64,000 nucleotides of DNA from Isurus oxyrinchus (taxonomy: Eukaryota). Below the pieces are notes generated by a model that saw only the letters and a list, made by a program, of their open reading frames with translations, did not search any database and was not told the origin of the DNA. Position 1 is the stretch's first letter. Each line of letters starts with the position of its first letter. The position numbers and the translations under genes are program-made. Shown here in pieces: positions 52,766 through 64,000 of the stretch. The stretch lies in the NCBI GenBank assembly GCA_026770705.1, contig JANJGN010000034.1, positions 6,200,001-6,264,000 of the forward strand, written 5' to 3'.

Positions 52766-54236
52766 GTAAGGAGTCACATTGTAATGATTTGCGGGCTGTT
52801 AATTTATCGGAATTCCAATTTAGCCACTATCATATTCCCTCTAAAACACTTGGTCTAAGTGTCGATAAGTTGGTTTGAATATATTTGCTCTCCGAGATTT
52901 TACAGATTGCTGCATTCTTGTGTGTCTATCTTATCTGCATTGTGTTTTTTTCATGTGCTTCTGATATGTGATTGAAAGTTATGTTAGTGCGATTGTTTGA
53001 ACAGAAAGGAGTCTCTGTAAACATTGGGATGGTGAAATGGGATGAATTGCCATTCCTCTATGCTGCAAATTATTTCTAATGCTACGATTCCAGCAGATCA
53101 TAAATAGACTCGCCCATTGAAGATTTGCGCGTGCTTTACAGCCTGTTGGAATTTTATCTATTCATTTTGTTCAAAGCAAGACGTTAGAAGTTTTTCCTTC
53201 CGCCTTTATAGTCCACCTTTAAAGTCATGTTCATGGAATTCCATGGACTATCAAAAGCAGTGTTGGAAATAAACCAATTGCAAGTAAGTATATCCTGCTA
53301 ATTCAAAATAAAATATTAACAACAGAGATATTCCCGAGAATGTATTGAGCAATTTGCCAAACGTTAGCCTTCTTTGAGATTCATATGGTTAAATACCTAA
53401 ATATATCCTCGGAAAACCATAAATGTCGTGCCTAAACTAAGAGTATAAAAGCAAGGCGATTTTTCTTCTGGAACTTGCAACTCCATTAGGTGAAGGGTAT
53501 GATCAACAAGAAATGGTAAAAGGAGATTTACGATTTCATGCAGTAGATAATTTTAACCTTTAGCGAAGTTTCGATAGGCAGGGGTTGCAGGGGAACAGGT
53601 TTAATTGAGATGTATAAATCAGTGAGGGATGTGGACACAGTGGATGGTGCTCTGTCTCTTTCCACACAGGAATTTGAGTTGCTCCGTCAAAATGTACTTT
53701 TACTCGCATTCTATCGTCTGGAACTGTGGATGATTATAGCAGAAGTTCCAGCTTTCCTTGCTTTGCACTGCTGACCCTGGGCCCGGCTCGCATTGCGTGG
53801 CATTGGCGTGTTTTGGAAAGATTCGGAGTTTTATGCTCAACCTGTTTGGTCGTGTTGTGCATGCACCTTCCTTGTGCATTGAGTTTTGAGGCACGACTCA
53901 AAAATGCAATTGCAATTGCAGATGTCGGTTCACTAACCTATGCACCATGTGACAAAGTGGAGAGGTTGAACGTGTTTCCAGTGGCATGAATACCAATTGC
54001 ATCGCAAGTTCAGTATAGATGCTTAGCAGATTGATAATAAGATATTGCAAGCTTTTTCTTTCATCCAGATTGTGGTTGGAGCTGGTAAACAGGACCTCTA
54101 GGCGGGGCAAGAGCAGGACAACTCTCACAGTCAAAAATGTATAATTTAGGTTTTCATAGAAAAAAAACACGTTTTTTAATGAGTTGCACAGCAAGTACCT
54201 CCGCCAAGTTAACATTATTGAATAACTACTTTTTAG

Positions 54237-54272
54237 AAATAGAAAACCTGAAAGGATCTTTTGCTCAATGTG
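54237..54272 (+). CDS. Micro-exon H2 (36 nt): EIENLKGSFAQC
   Basis: actactttttag|AAATAGAAAACCTGAAAGGATCTTTTGCTCAATGTG|gtaaga. Confidence 0.85.
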
Positions 54273-54599
54273 GTAAGAACAAGATATTTGGTTTACATCT
54301 CATTGTTACTAGTTGAAGTTAACTGTGCTGAAAGTGTCAACACACACAAAAATACATGTTTTTTTTTTTTCTTCTGTGTTAAAATCTAAAGCAAGGAACT
54401 GCAAATGCTGATAGTAAAGCTATTCAGTTGGATTTTTTTTTGAGATTTTGGGAGGAAGGCATTCGGCCAAACAATGTTTCCAATGTGCATCTCGCTTTCA
54501 ACAAGGGGCAATAGAAATGAAAAGCATATCTACATTTTTCGCATAAGATGCACACAAGGGGGAAAAAAAAGCACAGGAAATTGTTTATACATCTTAGGA

Positions 54600-55005
54600 T
54601 GTAGCAGAAGTGGCTTGATCGTAGCTTTTTTGATCCTGAGCAGTCATGAACTAGCGGATGTGCAGACTATGTTTCCTCTTGTGGGAGAGCCAAGAACTAA
54701 GACTCGTTGATTTAAATTATAAGGTCGCTCAATTTAGACAGAGAAGAATGTTTTTTTTTCCCCAGAGAGTCGTGAGTATTTGCAACTCTGTTCCTCAAAA
54801 GGCAGTGGAAGCAGAGTCCTTGAATATTTCCAATGCAAAGCTAGAAATTATCTTGATTACAAGGGGGTGAAGGTTTATCGGAAGTTGGCAGCAAAGTGGA
54901 GCTGACGTCACAATCAGATCGTCCATGATCGTAATGAATGACGGAGAAGGCTGGAACGGCCAAGTAGCCTTCCCCTGCTCTAATTTGTACATTCATATGT
55001 TCCTA
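54600..55005 (+). mobile_element. CR1/HER1-like 3' fragment
   Basis: DVQTMFPLVGEPRTK..FFPQRVVSICNSVPQKAVEAESLN plus CR1 tail. Confidence 0.8.
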
Positions 55006-56249
55006 TACTGTATCGTGATATGATAAACGGAATAGCACCTAGTGTCATCTGGGTCAAGAATCCCAAAGGTAAACACTTTTCTGAGGAATTCTCCTCTTCG
55101 CCTCAACAACATCCAGCTCATCTCAGTTATATACCTGCCGGGCCTTATTCAGAGACTGAGGGATCTACTTTTAGACCCCGTGACCCAAGAAATTATCATA
55201 ACAGCATTTTTCTTTCAGATCCAATTAAGAATTATACATTGCTCACTAAGTTCAGCCCTAATGCTTCTAAAATACAGGAACATAGACACTGTCTACAGAA
55301 ATATTTAGGAATATTCATTTATCCCATGATTCATTCGGATAAACTTTCATTGCAAACCCTCCAATGTAAGTAAGTTATTGGTTGCATAGGGAAAACGTGA
55401 AGATTAGTCCATGTGTGGTTACAACAACAAGGAGTCAGTTTGTCTCAGTAATAATTCTGAAACTTTGCACATCATTATTATAAAATTAATTCTGAAGCAC
55501 AATTTGATATTCCAATTGCATGCATGGTAAAATTGTGTGAAGCATCTACAGTGCCATACAGGTGCCTGTAAATTCTCTGAATTTTCTGGTTTTCCATTTG
55601 CCCATTCAACGGGAATAGCCCTTTTGTCAATGTCCGCAAATGTCTACATTGCTATAATCTTCTCATTGCAATTTTATTACTTCTGTATTATATACTGTAT
55701 AATAGTTGTGATGTCCAGGTCAAATAGGAATAGATAACGTAGGCTCCAATGTAGTGGTTTCCATGCCAGAATTAATAATTAACTATAATGTTATTGCCGT
55801 CAGTCATCCTCATGAAGCTCACATCTAAGTGAGATAGACCACTAGCGTCCATTTAGCTTCATATGGTGTTTTTTTTTTCCCTGGAGGAAAAGGTCCATCC
55901 GTGAGTTGCCATTTCTGTCAGAAGTGCCAGATAAGAAGTGATCCTGTGCGGCTGTTTACCCTGCTGCTGGGAAAGAGTAGATTCTGATTGTCATGGGCGT
56001 TGCACTGTGAGAGAGAGGTGATGTCATTACCCTGCTTCACCTCCGAGGAATGAAAATAAATGTTTAGGACCGTGGTTTCATGCTGTCAAACATCCTTGGC
56101 CTTATGCCTCTGGCTAAATCGCCACGCAGAAAATCCTACATACCAGATCCTGAAAGAGGGCACGGACCAGCGAAGTCAACAAGATAAGTGCAATTATGCC
56201 ACCAATTTTAGAGTGTCAAAAGGCCCCAAATGCGTTACAGCCAAAGAGA

Positions 56250-56760
56250 GAGGAACAGAAAATGCTGGAAAAATTCACCAGAGGTGACAGCATCTGTGGA
56301 GAGAGCAATAGAGTTGACATTTCAATCAACATGACTCTTCCACAGGGCAGTAGAAATGTTGTGAAATGTTTTCTGTTTAAAGGCTGTGGAGTTGGATAGA
56401 AAACCAGCTACAGGTCCGAGAAAAGGAGAGATTGACAAAGACGTCATGAATGAAACCCAAATATACTGGTAGTGGTATAGGATAAAACAGGTGCTGATAG
56501 TGGCATTAAAGTAAGAAAGCAGAATGTCATAATGACAAGTCAAGAGTAAACACTCTGAAAAGAACAACATGAACAACTAACAGGGATGTCTTGTAGGTGT
56601 GGCGTGGTGGGAGTGCCGTGCTGATAGGGGGTGGGAAAGAGATCGAAAAAATGATAAAATGGAGGACTAAAAAGGGCGATATAACAATGCATAGATGAAT
56701 GAAAATGAAAATGAATAAAAAATAATTCGTTAATAAATAAAAATTAATCTTGAAAAATTA
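56250..56760 (-). mobile_element. Penelope-like 3' terminus, single arm
   Basis: aacagaaaatgctggaaaaattcacc...gcatctgtggagagag...gttgacatttc, homologous to 39405-39750. Confidence 0.6.
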
Positions 56761-57113
56761 TTTTTTTAAAAATGGGTGTTGTTGATATTGTTGTTGATGA
56801 GGTTTACATTCACTTATTGGAAAAAACAAAAAACTTTGCAATCTTCAGAAGATCAAATCAATTTCCGAATGTTTAGTTCCAGCATGAATTATAATCAATT
56901 TGAATAATATTCATATAGAGGAGATGATCAATTATGTTATTTTTATCTTTACTATCTCTATTATTTGGCGGCTATTATTATGTAATAATCATCCCTTAAC
57001 GAATATTTGAGCTTTCAGTAAATGTGTTTCTTGCAGTAACATAATATTATTCATGACAGTGAAATTATTATTGGTATCTTTTTTACTGATATGCCATTCT
57101 CATTTATTAATAG

Positions 57114-57140
57114 AGACAAATCTCAAGGAGAAATCGAAAG
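57114..57140 (+). CDS. Micro-exon I2 (27 nt): ETNLKEKSK
   Basis: ctcatttattaatag|AGACAAATCTCAAGGAGAAATCGAAAG|gtattg. Confidence 0.8.
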
Positions 57141-57253
57141 GTATTGGCAGCAGCATGTCACAACTTTAAGTAGGACGAACATTTTAGTGGTGGACTCCGC
57201 CATGTCAAAGCTTAAAACGATTTTATGATCTTCTGTGTGTTCCCTTGTTGCAG

Positions 57254-57288
57254 AAGAATCTGATAGGGGGTCCGAACTGACACCTTGA
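57254..57288 (+). CDS. Coding part of terminal exon: EESDRGSELTP*
   Basis: tgtgttcccttgttgcag| after a 113-nt intron; in-frame TGA at 57286-57288; poly(A) signals about 410 nt downstream. Confidence 0.68.
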
Positions 57289-57698
57289 GAAAGTACAATT
57301 CAAGCTGTAGTTGTTACTTGAATGACCTTTTGTATTTATGTCAATTTTCGTCTTTATCTGGGCCCGTCAGACGTTGTGAAGTTGCAGTAAATGAACTTCG
57401 CCAGGAGATATTTAATACTATATCAGGTCACCCCAGATATTTTGCAATATGTTCGTTAATTATTAATCCCTTACCATGATACTTCACAATTGAATTTCGG
57501 AACCGTCAGGTATCGTGGAAATGTTGTGGACATTTATTTCTGTCTTTGCACTGTTCAAGTTTGGGATAAATCAGGCTTTCATTTGCTGGGATTTAAATGT
57601 CCATCTGTGACCATCTATAAGAAATCGTTCTACAATTTTGCATGACATATGTGTGACCACACCTAGAATTCTGTATGCAGTATTCATCTTCATATATA

Positions 57699-57712
57699 AA
57701 TAAATGAATAAA
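57699..57712 (+). terminator. Tandem AATAAA polyadenylation signals (putative 3' end of the gene)
   Basis: aataaatgaataaa: hexamers at 57699-57704 and 57707-57712. Confidence 0.5.
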
Positions 57713-59609
57713 GGCAGATTAACTACATTGGCTCCTGGGATGACCGCATTCTAATATCATGGAAATCTCAGAAAATTGTGCCTGTGCTGTCTGGCCAATC
57801 ACTTAATTCTGAGATGAGGATTTGTGCCTTCAGTCACAAGGTTGTGAATCTGTGGAGTTTTATTTCATCAAGATTTAGGGGAGTCCAAATACTGATTAAA
57901 GTTAAAAGGGATGGAATGAATTTTGATCACTGAAGGACTAAGGGGTACGGGGAGGAGATTGAGAAATGGAGTTTAGGCTTGATGGCAATGAATGCCTTCG
58001 CAGCCCCATCCTGCTCCGAATCCATATGCTAGAAAATGTGCTTGGCATTGTCTCTATGTAAACACCTTGTATGTAAAATGAACTGTGAGTGAGTTACATT
58101 CTGGACCTCTGCAATCTCTGTTCACATGGACAGCCATTTGGAGTTATGTATTGCTGTTAAGATAGCCTCAGACCAAGAAAATTTGCACTTACCGATATAT
58201 GAGGATAGATATGACGAAAATGGCAAGTTGATCCATCAAGGTCGTCAAACACTGAGAATGGTTGAACAATTATAAGTAGACATGCCCTTGGCAGCTCCCT
58301 CCCTCATGTCATATATTGGCATCGATAGATAGTCTGAACATAAAGCACGGAATATTAGTGGGAATCATTTTTCTGATTCTCTTAAAAATCAGAAACATTC
58401 CAGGAAGTCAACCTTTACGTGTGTTAGCCAAAAGGAAACTTGCTGTATTAGTATGTATTGAAAATGCTACTTGACAAGTTCGCTCTGCATTTACAGTCTA
58501 ACATCTGTACTTGTCTCCCAACGATTTTGGCAACTGGTGTATTTAGAGATCTGTGTAGCCGGTCTAAACATCTCACAAACACAATAACTCACATAGCTTG
58601 GGTGAGAAAACACGCACCCTTCAGTAAAAACCTATGCAGTTATATTGATCGTTTCCTATGCCTGAATCCTCTTCAACACTCCAACACACATTTTCGAGAT
58701 CTGTTGTGCTGCGATTTAATTGTCGCCAACTTTAACCATTCGAAGATTGTCTGCTGTGCCTTCAGTCCTCTACACTATCACCTCAATAATTCTGTCCCTA
58801 ATTCCCACATTCTCTCGCTCCCACGAAGAAGATTGTTAAGTCAAGGTTTCGATTGCAAGCTCTAATATGTGATTTATGTTTATTATTATGAGCTGTTGCT
58901 ACTCACTCGGTGCGATAAAATTGAATATATTATGGGATTATGTGGCCTCGCAAAACATCATTTCGCTCCACAATAATTGCTTCCCAACATTTTTCCTCCC
59001 CAGAAATAGAAACATTGAAAGGTCAACTGTCAGATGCAGGTGAGTGCAACAGTTGGCATTCATGTTTTGTTCTTCCTGTCAAGCCCCATGCATCAGCCCA
59101 CCGTTATTTTTCTACCTCCCACATGCGACAACCACTCCTCGCCACCCTTCCCCTACCTACTGTTAAATGTAACATCTACATTGAGGCATAAGGAGGAAAT
59201 ATTACTCTACTTACTGACTTTAGAACTGCAGCAAAATGTCCATGTTGGAAATCTCAAGGAAAGCAGACAATTCCTGCAAACACTTGGCAGATTATGTTTT
59301 TTTTTCATGGGTCGGGGGGAGTGAAAGAAATGTTTTGTTCGGTCAAGACTAGAAGAGGTTAGAGATTAAGTATTTTATAAGTAAGGACAGCGGCAGAGAA
59401 AATGCGGAAGGGAGAAAGAAGGGTTAAAATGGTTTGTAAAAGGGTGAAGGACAAATCTGATTTATGGATAAGGGATTATAGAATGAGGCAAAATGCAACG
59501 GTAATAAGATTCGTGATAGATAGACGAAATAGGTGTTAAGAAACTCGCCGCTCATTATACTCACCCATTATATTTGGTGGCAACAATTCAAGTAGCAAAA
59601 ATAATTCAG

Positions 59610-59960
59610 TTTATACAGCCCCCTTCAGGACCTTGGGTCCGCTCACTGTTTTCGACAGCCAGTGAGGCTCTTTTGTAGGTGTAGCCATGGTTGTGATCAT
59701 AAACATGTAACAAATTAATTTCACACAACATGCTCCCCCTAAGGATGTTTCACAATGAACAGCTCATTTGAGTTACAAAGATGCTGGTTGAGGGACAGAG
59801 GATCCCCGTTGACATTTCCACACTCTCTCTCTTTGCGAGAGCATTATGGGGCTTTAATTCAATTTGTCTTGCCATTGGTTTAAGGTCGGGTCAGTCAGCA
59901 GTATGGTTCCCTCTAAGCACGGGGACTATATACGGCTCCTCAAGTCCCTGGAGAGAAGCA
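59610..59960 (-). mobile_element. Deu-domain SINE
   Basis: acagccagtgaggctcttttgtaggtgtag...gatgctggttgagggac. Confidence 0.5.
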
Positions 59961-60319
59961 TGATCCCATAGAATCCTTGTTACAAAATCAGCTTTTACAA
60001 TTGTTCTACTCATGCTGAGCATGAAGCAGAAAGTCTGAGCACCAGAAAAAATCGGAACACCAGGGCTGAAGAACTAAGATAATTGGCTGCTTTGAAAACA
60101 CATCAGACTTTATGTCTGTGGAACGATTACAACTTATTTCAGCCACCAAGTTAACACAATTGCAAATTTCCCAATTTGCACGTTATGAAAGATTGAACCA
60201 TCAAAAACCATAAAATTGTGTCAGGTTTATGTTCCAGTTTGTAATGTTCGTACAACAGGTTGAAACGCTTTGTTTGCTCAATAACATGCGTTGTTCTTTA
60301 TTATAGTCTCAGCCTTGCT

Positions 60320-60680
60320 TAAGTTGGCAAAACTGTCACACCTGAATCAAAACGTCTTAGCGTCAAATCCTACTTAGAACCCTGGAATCATGAAAGGGGC
60401 TGAAACTTTATTGACGATATGAAGTACTGCTGCACTCCAGGAGAGTGCTGTCATTTGGGTGAAACAAGAAACAGGATCTTAGGTAACCTTCTTAGCGTAT
60501 ATGGAAAAGGTCTCGAGGTTGTATTTCAACTAAGTGCAAGGGTTCTTCGCAGTACCAAATAATTTTCTCAAATACTTTAACTAAAATAAATTAAGAAAAA
60601 GCAGCGTAACTGGCAGTTATCTCTTTGCTTATTGTTGGAGCTGTCAGCACAGAAACCTGCACCTGTAAACTCGCTGGCCA
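60320..60680 (+). mobile_element. Deu-domain SINE
   Basis: tRNA-like head (cacctgaatcaaaacg..caaatcc) and tgctgcactccaggagagtgctgtcatttgggtga. Confidence 0.5.
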
Positions 60681-61750
60681 AAGGTTCTGGGTCCGTCTAA
60701 AGCAACCGAAATTGTTACATGGTTGCACCCTATCATATTTTCTGGCATTTATTTTGCTTATTCCCCCGTTCTTTTCCATTAGGAAAGGCTTTAAAGGTTA
60801 AAGAAGCTGGTAAGTGTGTACATACGTTTCTTGCCTTTGGGAAGGTGTCATTATAGCGTACATTTTCTGAATGACATCAGGGCAATTAGCTATGCCTGAT
60901 CTGGTGGCGTATCGCTTATATGACTGGAATAATAGAATTTACACGTTGGGAGACAGTCAGTTTCAACGGATAAAAGACGATGCAGTACTGTCAGAAAAAT
61001 GGAAGTAAAGACTGACAGGAAAAACTGTAATGAAAAGTCACTGATCTCTAAGAAGGAAATCATTCAGTTATAGATTAGCTTCATAATTACATAGAGATTA
61101 TGGTGAAAATAATTTTAAAATTTAATACATGTCAAATTCGCTCTTAAACAAATAAAGTTTGCCAAATAAGTTAATTTCAGAGACGAAGTGTGGAAGAAAT
61201 AAAAGCTGTAAAAGTAAGAATCTGAGATTATAATGAAATTTAAAAGGGAAGAAAACCCCACAAAAAAAGTACTGGTCTGTAAATACTAAGCAGTTTGTAA
61301 CTGCTGGTGTGAGGCAAAGAGGGTGGCACATGCTTCAAAGAGCATGGCAAGGCTAAGGTATTTAATAGGCAACTTGTAGAGGGTCATATGAAGGATAAGA
61401 ATGTTGACAAATTATTGCTTTAATTCGATGTTTTTAGGGTAATGTATAGGGCGTTAATTGATAGGCAGGGTGTGCTCTGATGTCTGATGATATATAGAGT
61501 AATTTCGTCGTCCACTCTCGATGACTTGCTTTGCAGGTTGCTAATGGAAAGCGAGGTGAAAAGAGCGGAAGCTATTCCATTTTCACAATGTTGCCAATAA
61601 ACTGGAGAGCTGCAACAGAATTGCACATTCAAAGACTGTGGTAGAATGTGTTTGAGAGTAATCCTATAGACTGCAAGCTGAGGAATTGAACATAGGTTTT
61701 GAGAAAGGTCTTAGAAACAAAGTTCCGAACAAATAAACACGCAATTGTAG

Positions 61751-61988
61751 AACAAAAACAGAATTACCTGGAAAAACTCAGCAGGTCTGGCAACATCGGC
61801 GGAGAAGAAAAGAGTTGATGTTTCGAGTTCTCACGACCCTTCAACTGTTTCTAGTCCAGTTGACGGGTTATGAAGCCTCGAACGTCAACTCTTTTCTTCT
61901 CCGCCGATGCTGCCAGACCTGCTGAGTTTTTCCAGATAATTCTGTTTTTGTTTTGGATTTCCAGCATCCGCAGTTTTTTTTGTTTTTA
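61751..61988. mobile_element. Short palindromic Penelope-terminus element
   Basis: aacaaaaacagaattacctggaaaaactcagc...cccttcaact followed by its reverse complement; centre near 61852; same family as 37517. Confidence 0.85.
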
Positions 61989-62080
61989 TCTCTGTACGGA
62001 AATGCAGAATTTTGATTTATGTGAGGAGAACAAGCACGGATTTGGAAAAGCCAGGTTTTGTATGAGAAATCTCAGAGGAT

Positions 62081-63500
62081 CATAGAATGGCTGCAGCAAA
62101 AAAAGATCCCTTCCGGTCCAAAGTTTCAGTGCTGAATATTTGCAAGAGAAACTCACTTGGCCCCACTTCACTGCCGCTCCTCCTTTACCTCTGAAGACTT
62201 ATCCCTCAGATCAAAATTTAATTCATTCTCAAGGACACCTTTGTATATGCCTCCATCACATTGTCTGACAGTGCATTCCAAACACTGAGCACTTTTTTCC
62301 CCCCAAAAAAACTCATTTTGCATTTGGTTCATTTCCAATGCACAATAAATTTGTGCCCGTTGTTCTCCATCTCTCCACAAGAGGGAATGATGTTCCCCAG
62401 TCTGCATTGTCCAAGTTCCTCAGGCAGAACTCTATTAAATATGTTGTCAACCTTTCCTTCACAAAGGAGGACAGCTCACGATTATCTATTTTATCCGCTA
62501 AATAGGTCCCTCTTACATTCAGCAATTCAATTAAATCTTGTTATTCTCGCCCACACCCCTCATAACGTCCAAAATATAGTGACCGGAAATTGACTCTATT
62601 GAAGTCAATCCGGTGTTCTATAAATTTTCGGGGGAACTTCCTTGCTTTTACGATCTATGCCCCAATATTAAAGCGCAGATTATGTTATGCCTTATTAAGT
62701 CGTCATTCTGCATACATAGGGCTTGTGCACATGTAAACCCAGGGCCCAATGCTCCTGTACGGCTTTGTGACTGCTAACCTTTATTTGTTTTTTGTTTCTC
62801 CTGATTCACATCACACCACACTGCTCTGCACTGAATTTCACCAACGAGGAATCCACAGATATTGCTACTTTATGTCCCATCGGAAACTGCACAAATTTTC
62901 ATCGCAGCTCGCAATGCTTCCAAGTTTCGTAGCATCTATATTTTTTGTACGAGGTTCTTTTTGCACAACTCAGATAAAGGCAACCGGTGGCGTTAATACA
63001 CTTAGCTGCTCCTCTGGATACTTTACCCTTACTTGAAAAAAAAATGTTTGTTCGCAACTTTCTATATCCTGTCACTCACCCAGCACATATCTGTGCCGAC
63101 AGTGTCCCTTTTAATGCTGGCCATTCAGTTGTGCTGAAAAGCCTGTTAACTACCTTACCAAACAGATTTTGGAAATTTGGGTGCATGAAGTCAACGCCAC
63201 TGTCGCCATCAAGTGTCTCTTTCTTATCAGGCCTACTAAGGTCAATAAATTTAGTTAACCATGACTTGCTCCTCAACATGTGTGCTGCCTTTCGTTAAGT
63301 CTTCTGTATTTTTCCAAAAGTCGTCACCTTGCCCAGAATTATCGTTGCTCACATCTTCCCCAACAGCGTGAAAAGTTGGCTGCTCATAGTTGCTGTCCTA
63401 ACATTCCACACTTTGTTTTGAACAACGGTTGAACATTTGCAATTCCCAGTACTCATTGTATAACAAATGTCGGTGATTACTCCTAGTATCACTCAAATGC
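62081..63500 (-). mobile_element. CR1-like LINE with a degenerate RT
   Basis: KSWLTKFI...GVDFMHPNFQNLFGKV, DATKLG and VKFSAEQC remnants, then a 3' tail. Confidence 0.75.
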
Positions 63501-64000
63501 CTGCGCTTACCTACCATTGTTTCCTCTGTTGCATCTGATCCCAGTCCAATCACTTGTCAACCTTTAGTAGAGCCAGATATTCACGTGCCAGAGCTTTTTA
63601 ATACTTAACCCGTCTCATTTTCAACGATTCCTGCTTCTATTTTGAAGCATTTTCTCCCTTATAATTTACAAAAAACATTGCAGCATTTTCTCCCTTGCTA
63701 TTATCAAAAGCAATATAGTTCTTTCGAGCCTCAGTCAAGCGCTCTGCCTCGCTGTATAGAATCTTGCTTGCTCTCTAGTCGAAAGCACGCCGACGTTCAG
63801 GGCATCTTAAAATGTGCATTTCAACGAAGAACATTTTGGATCCATTTTATGTTCATTGTCGCTCGGTTTTCACCCTCAACTTCGGCTTATTTTGATGGTT
63901 TCCACTTCCCACGGACTTCATATAATAAGCCACATTAGAGACTTTGATGCCATTTTGACATCTGCTATAAGCACAGTATATTTTCTTTCATCTTACTCTT

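Noticed and set aside
53670-53693. Candidate exon after ctctttccacacag
   Set aside because: Weak donor (gtactt), size outside the 15/27/36 scheme, and embedded in a CR1-like remnant.
2859-57288. Calling the micro-exon gene triadin or another named gene
   Set aside because: Triadin also has many small K/E-rich exons, but this peptide has a regular hydrophobic heptad and I recognise no specific ortholog, so no symbol is assigned.
61730-62010. TSD around the 61751 hairpin element
   Set aside because: No convincing flanking duplication seen.
1-64000. CRISPR arrays, operons, rRNA or true tRNA genes
   Set aside because: The sequence is eukaryotic intronic DNA; tRNA-like segments are degenerate SINE heads and there is no repeat-spacer array.

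Overview
AT-rich vertebrate genomic DNA, most likely from a cartilaginous fish (inferred from the repeat content: CR1/HER1-type LINEs, Deu-domain SINEs, a tRNA-derived SINE with its partner LINE, Penelope-like elements with hammerhead motifs, Harbinger and Gypsy remnants). No ORF in the supplied track looks like a host gene. The host gene I read by hand on the + strand is split into micro-exons: 18 internal exons of only 15, 27 or 36 nt, all phase 1-1 and AG/GT flanked, plus a terminal exon (stop at 57286-57288) and AATAAA signals near 57700. Spliced, they give about 183 aa of K/E/L-rich heptad coiled coil spread over about 54 kb, arranged as two copies of a higher-order exon block. The 5' part of the gene lies upstream of the window, so its identity cannot be fixed here. 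The introns hold decayed transposons, including several inverted-repeat Penelope-terminus insertions with target-site duplications and hammerhead-like cores. Exon coordinates are exact; repeat boundaries are approximate and family names come from motif recognition, not database searches.
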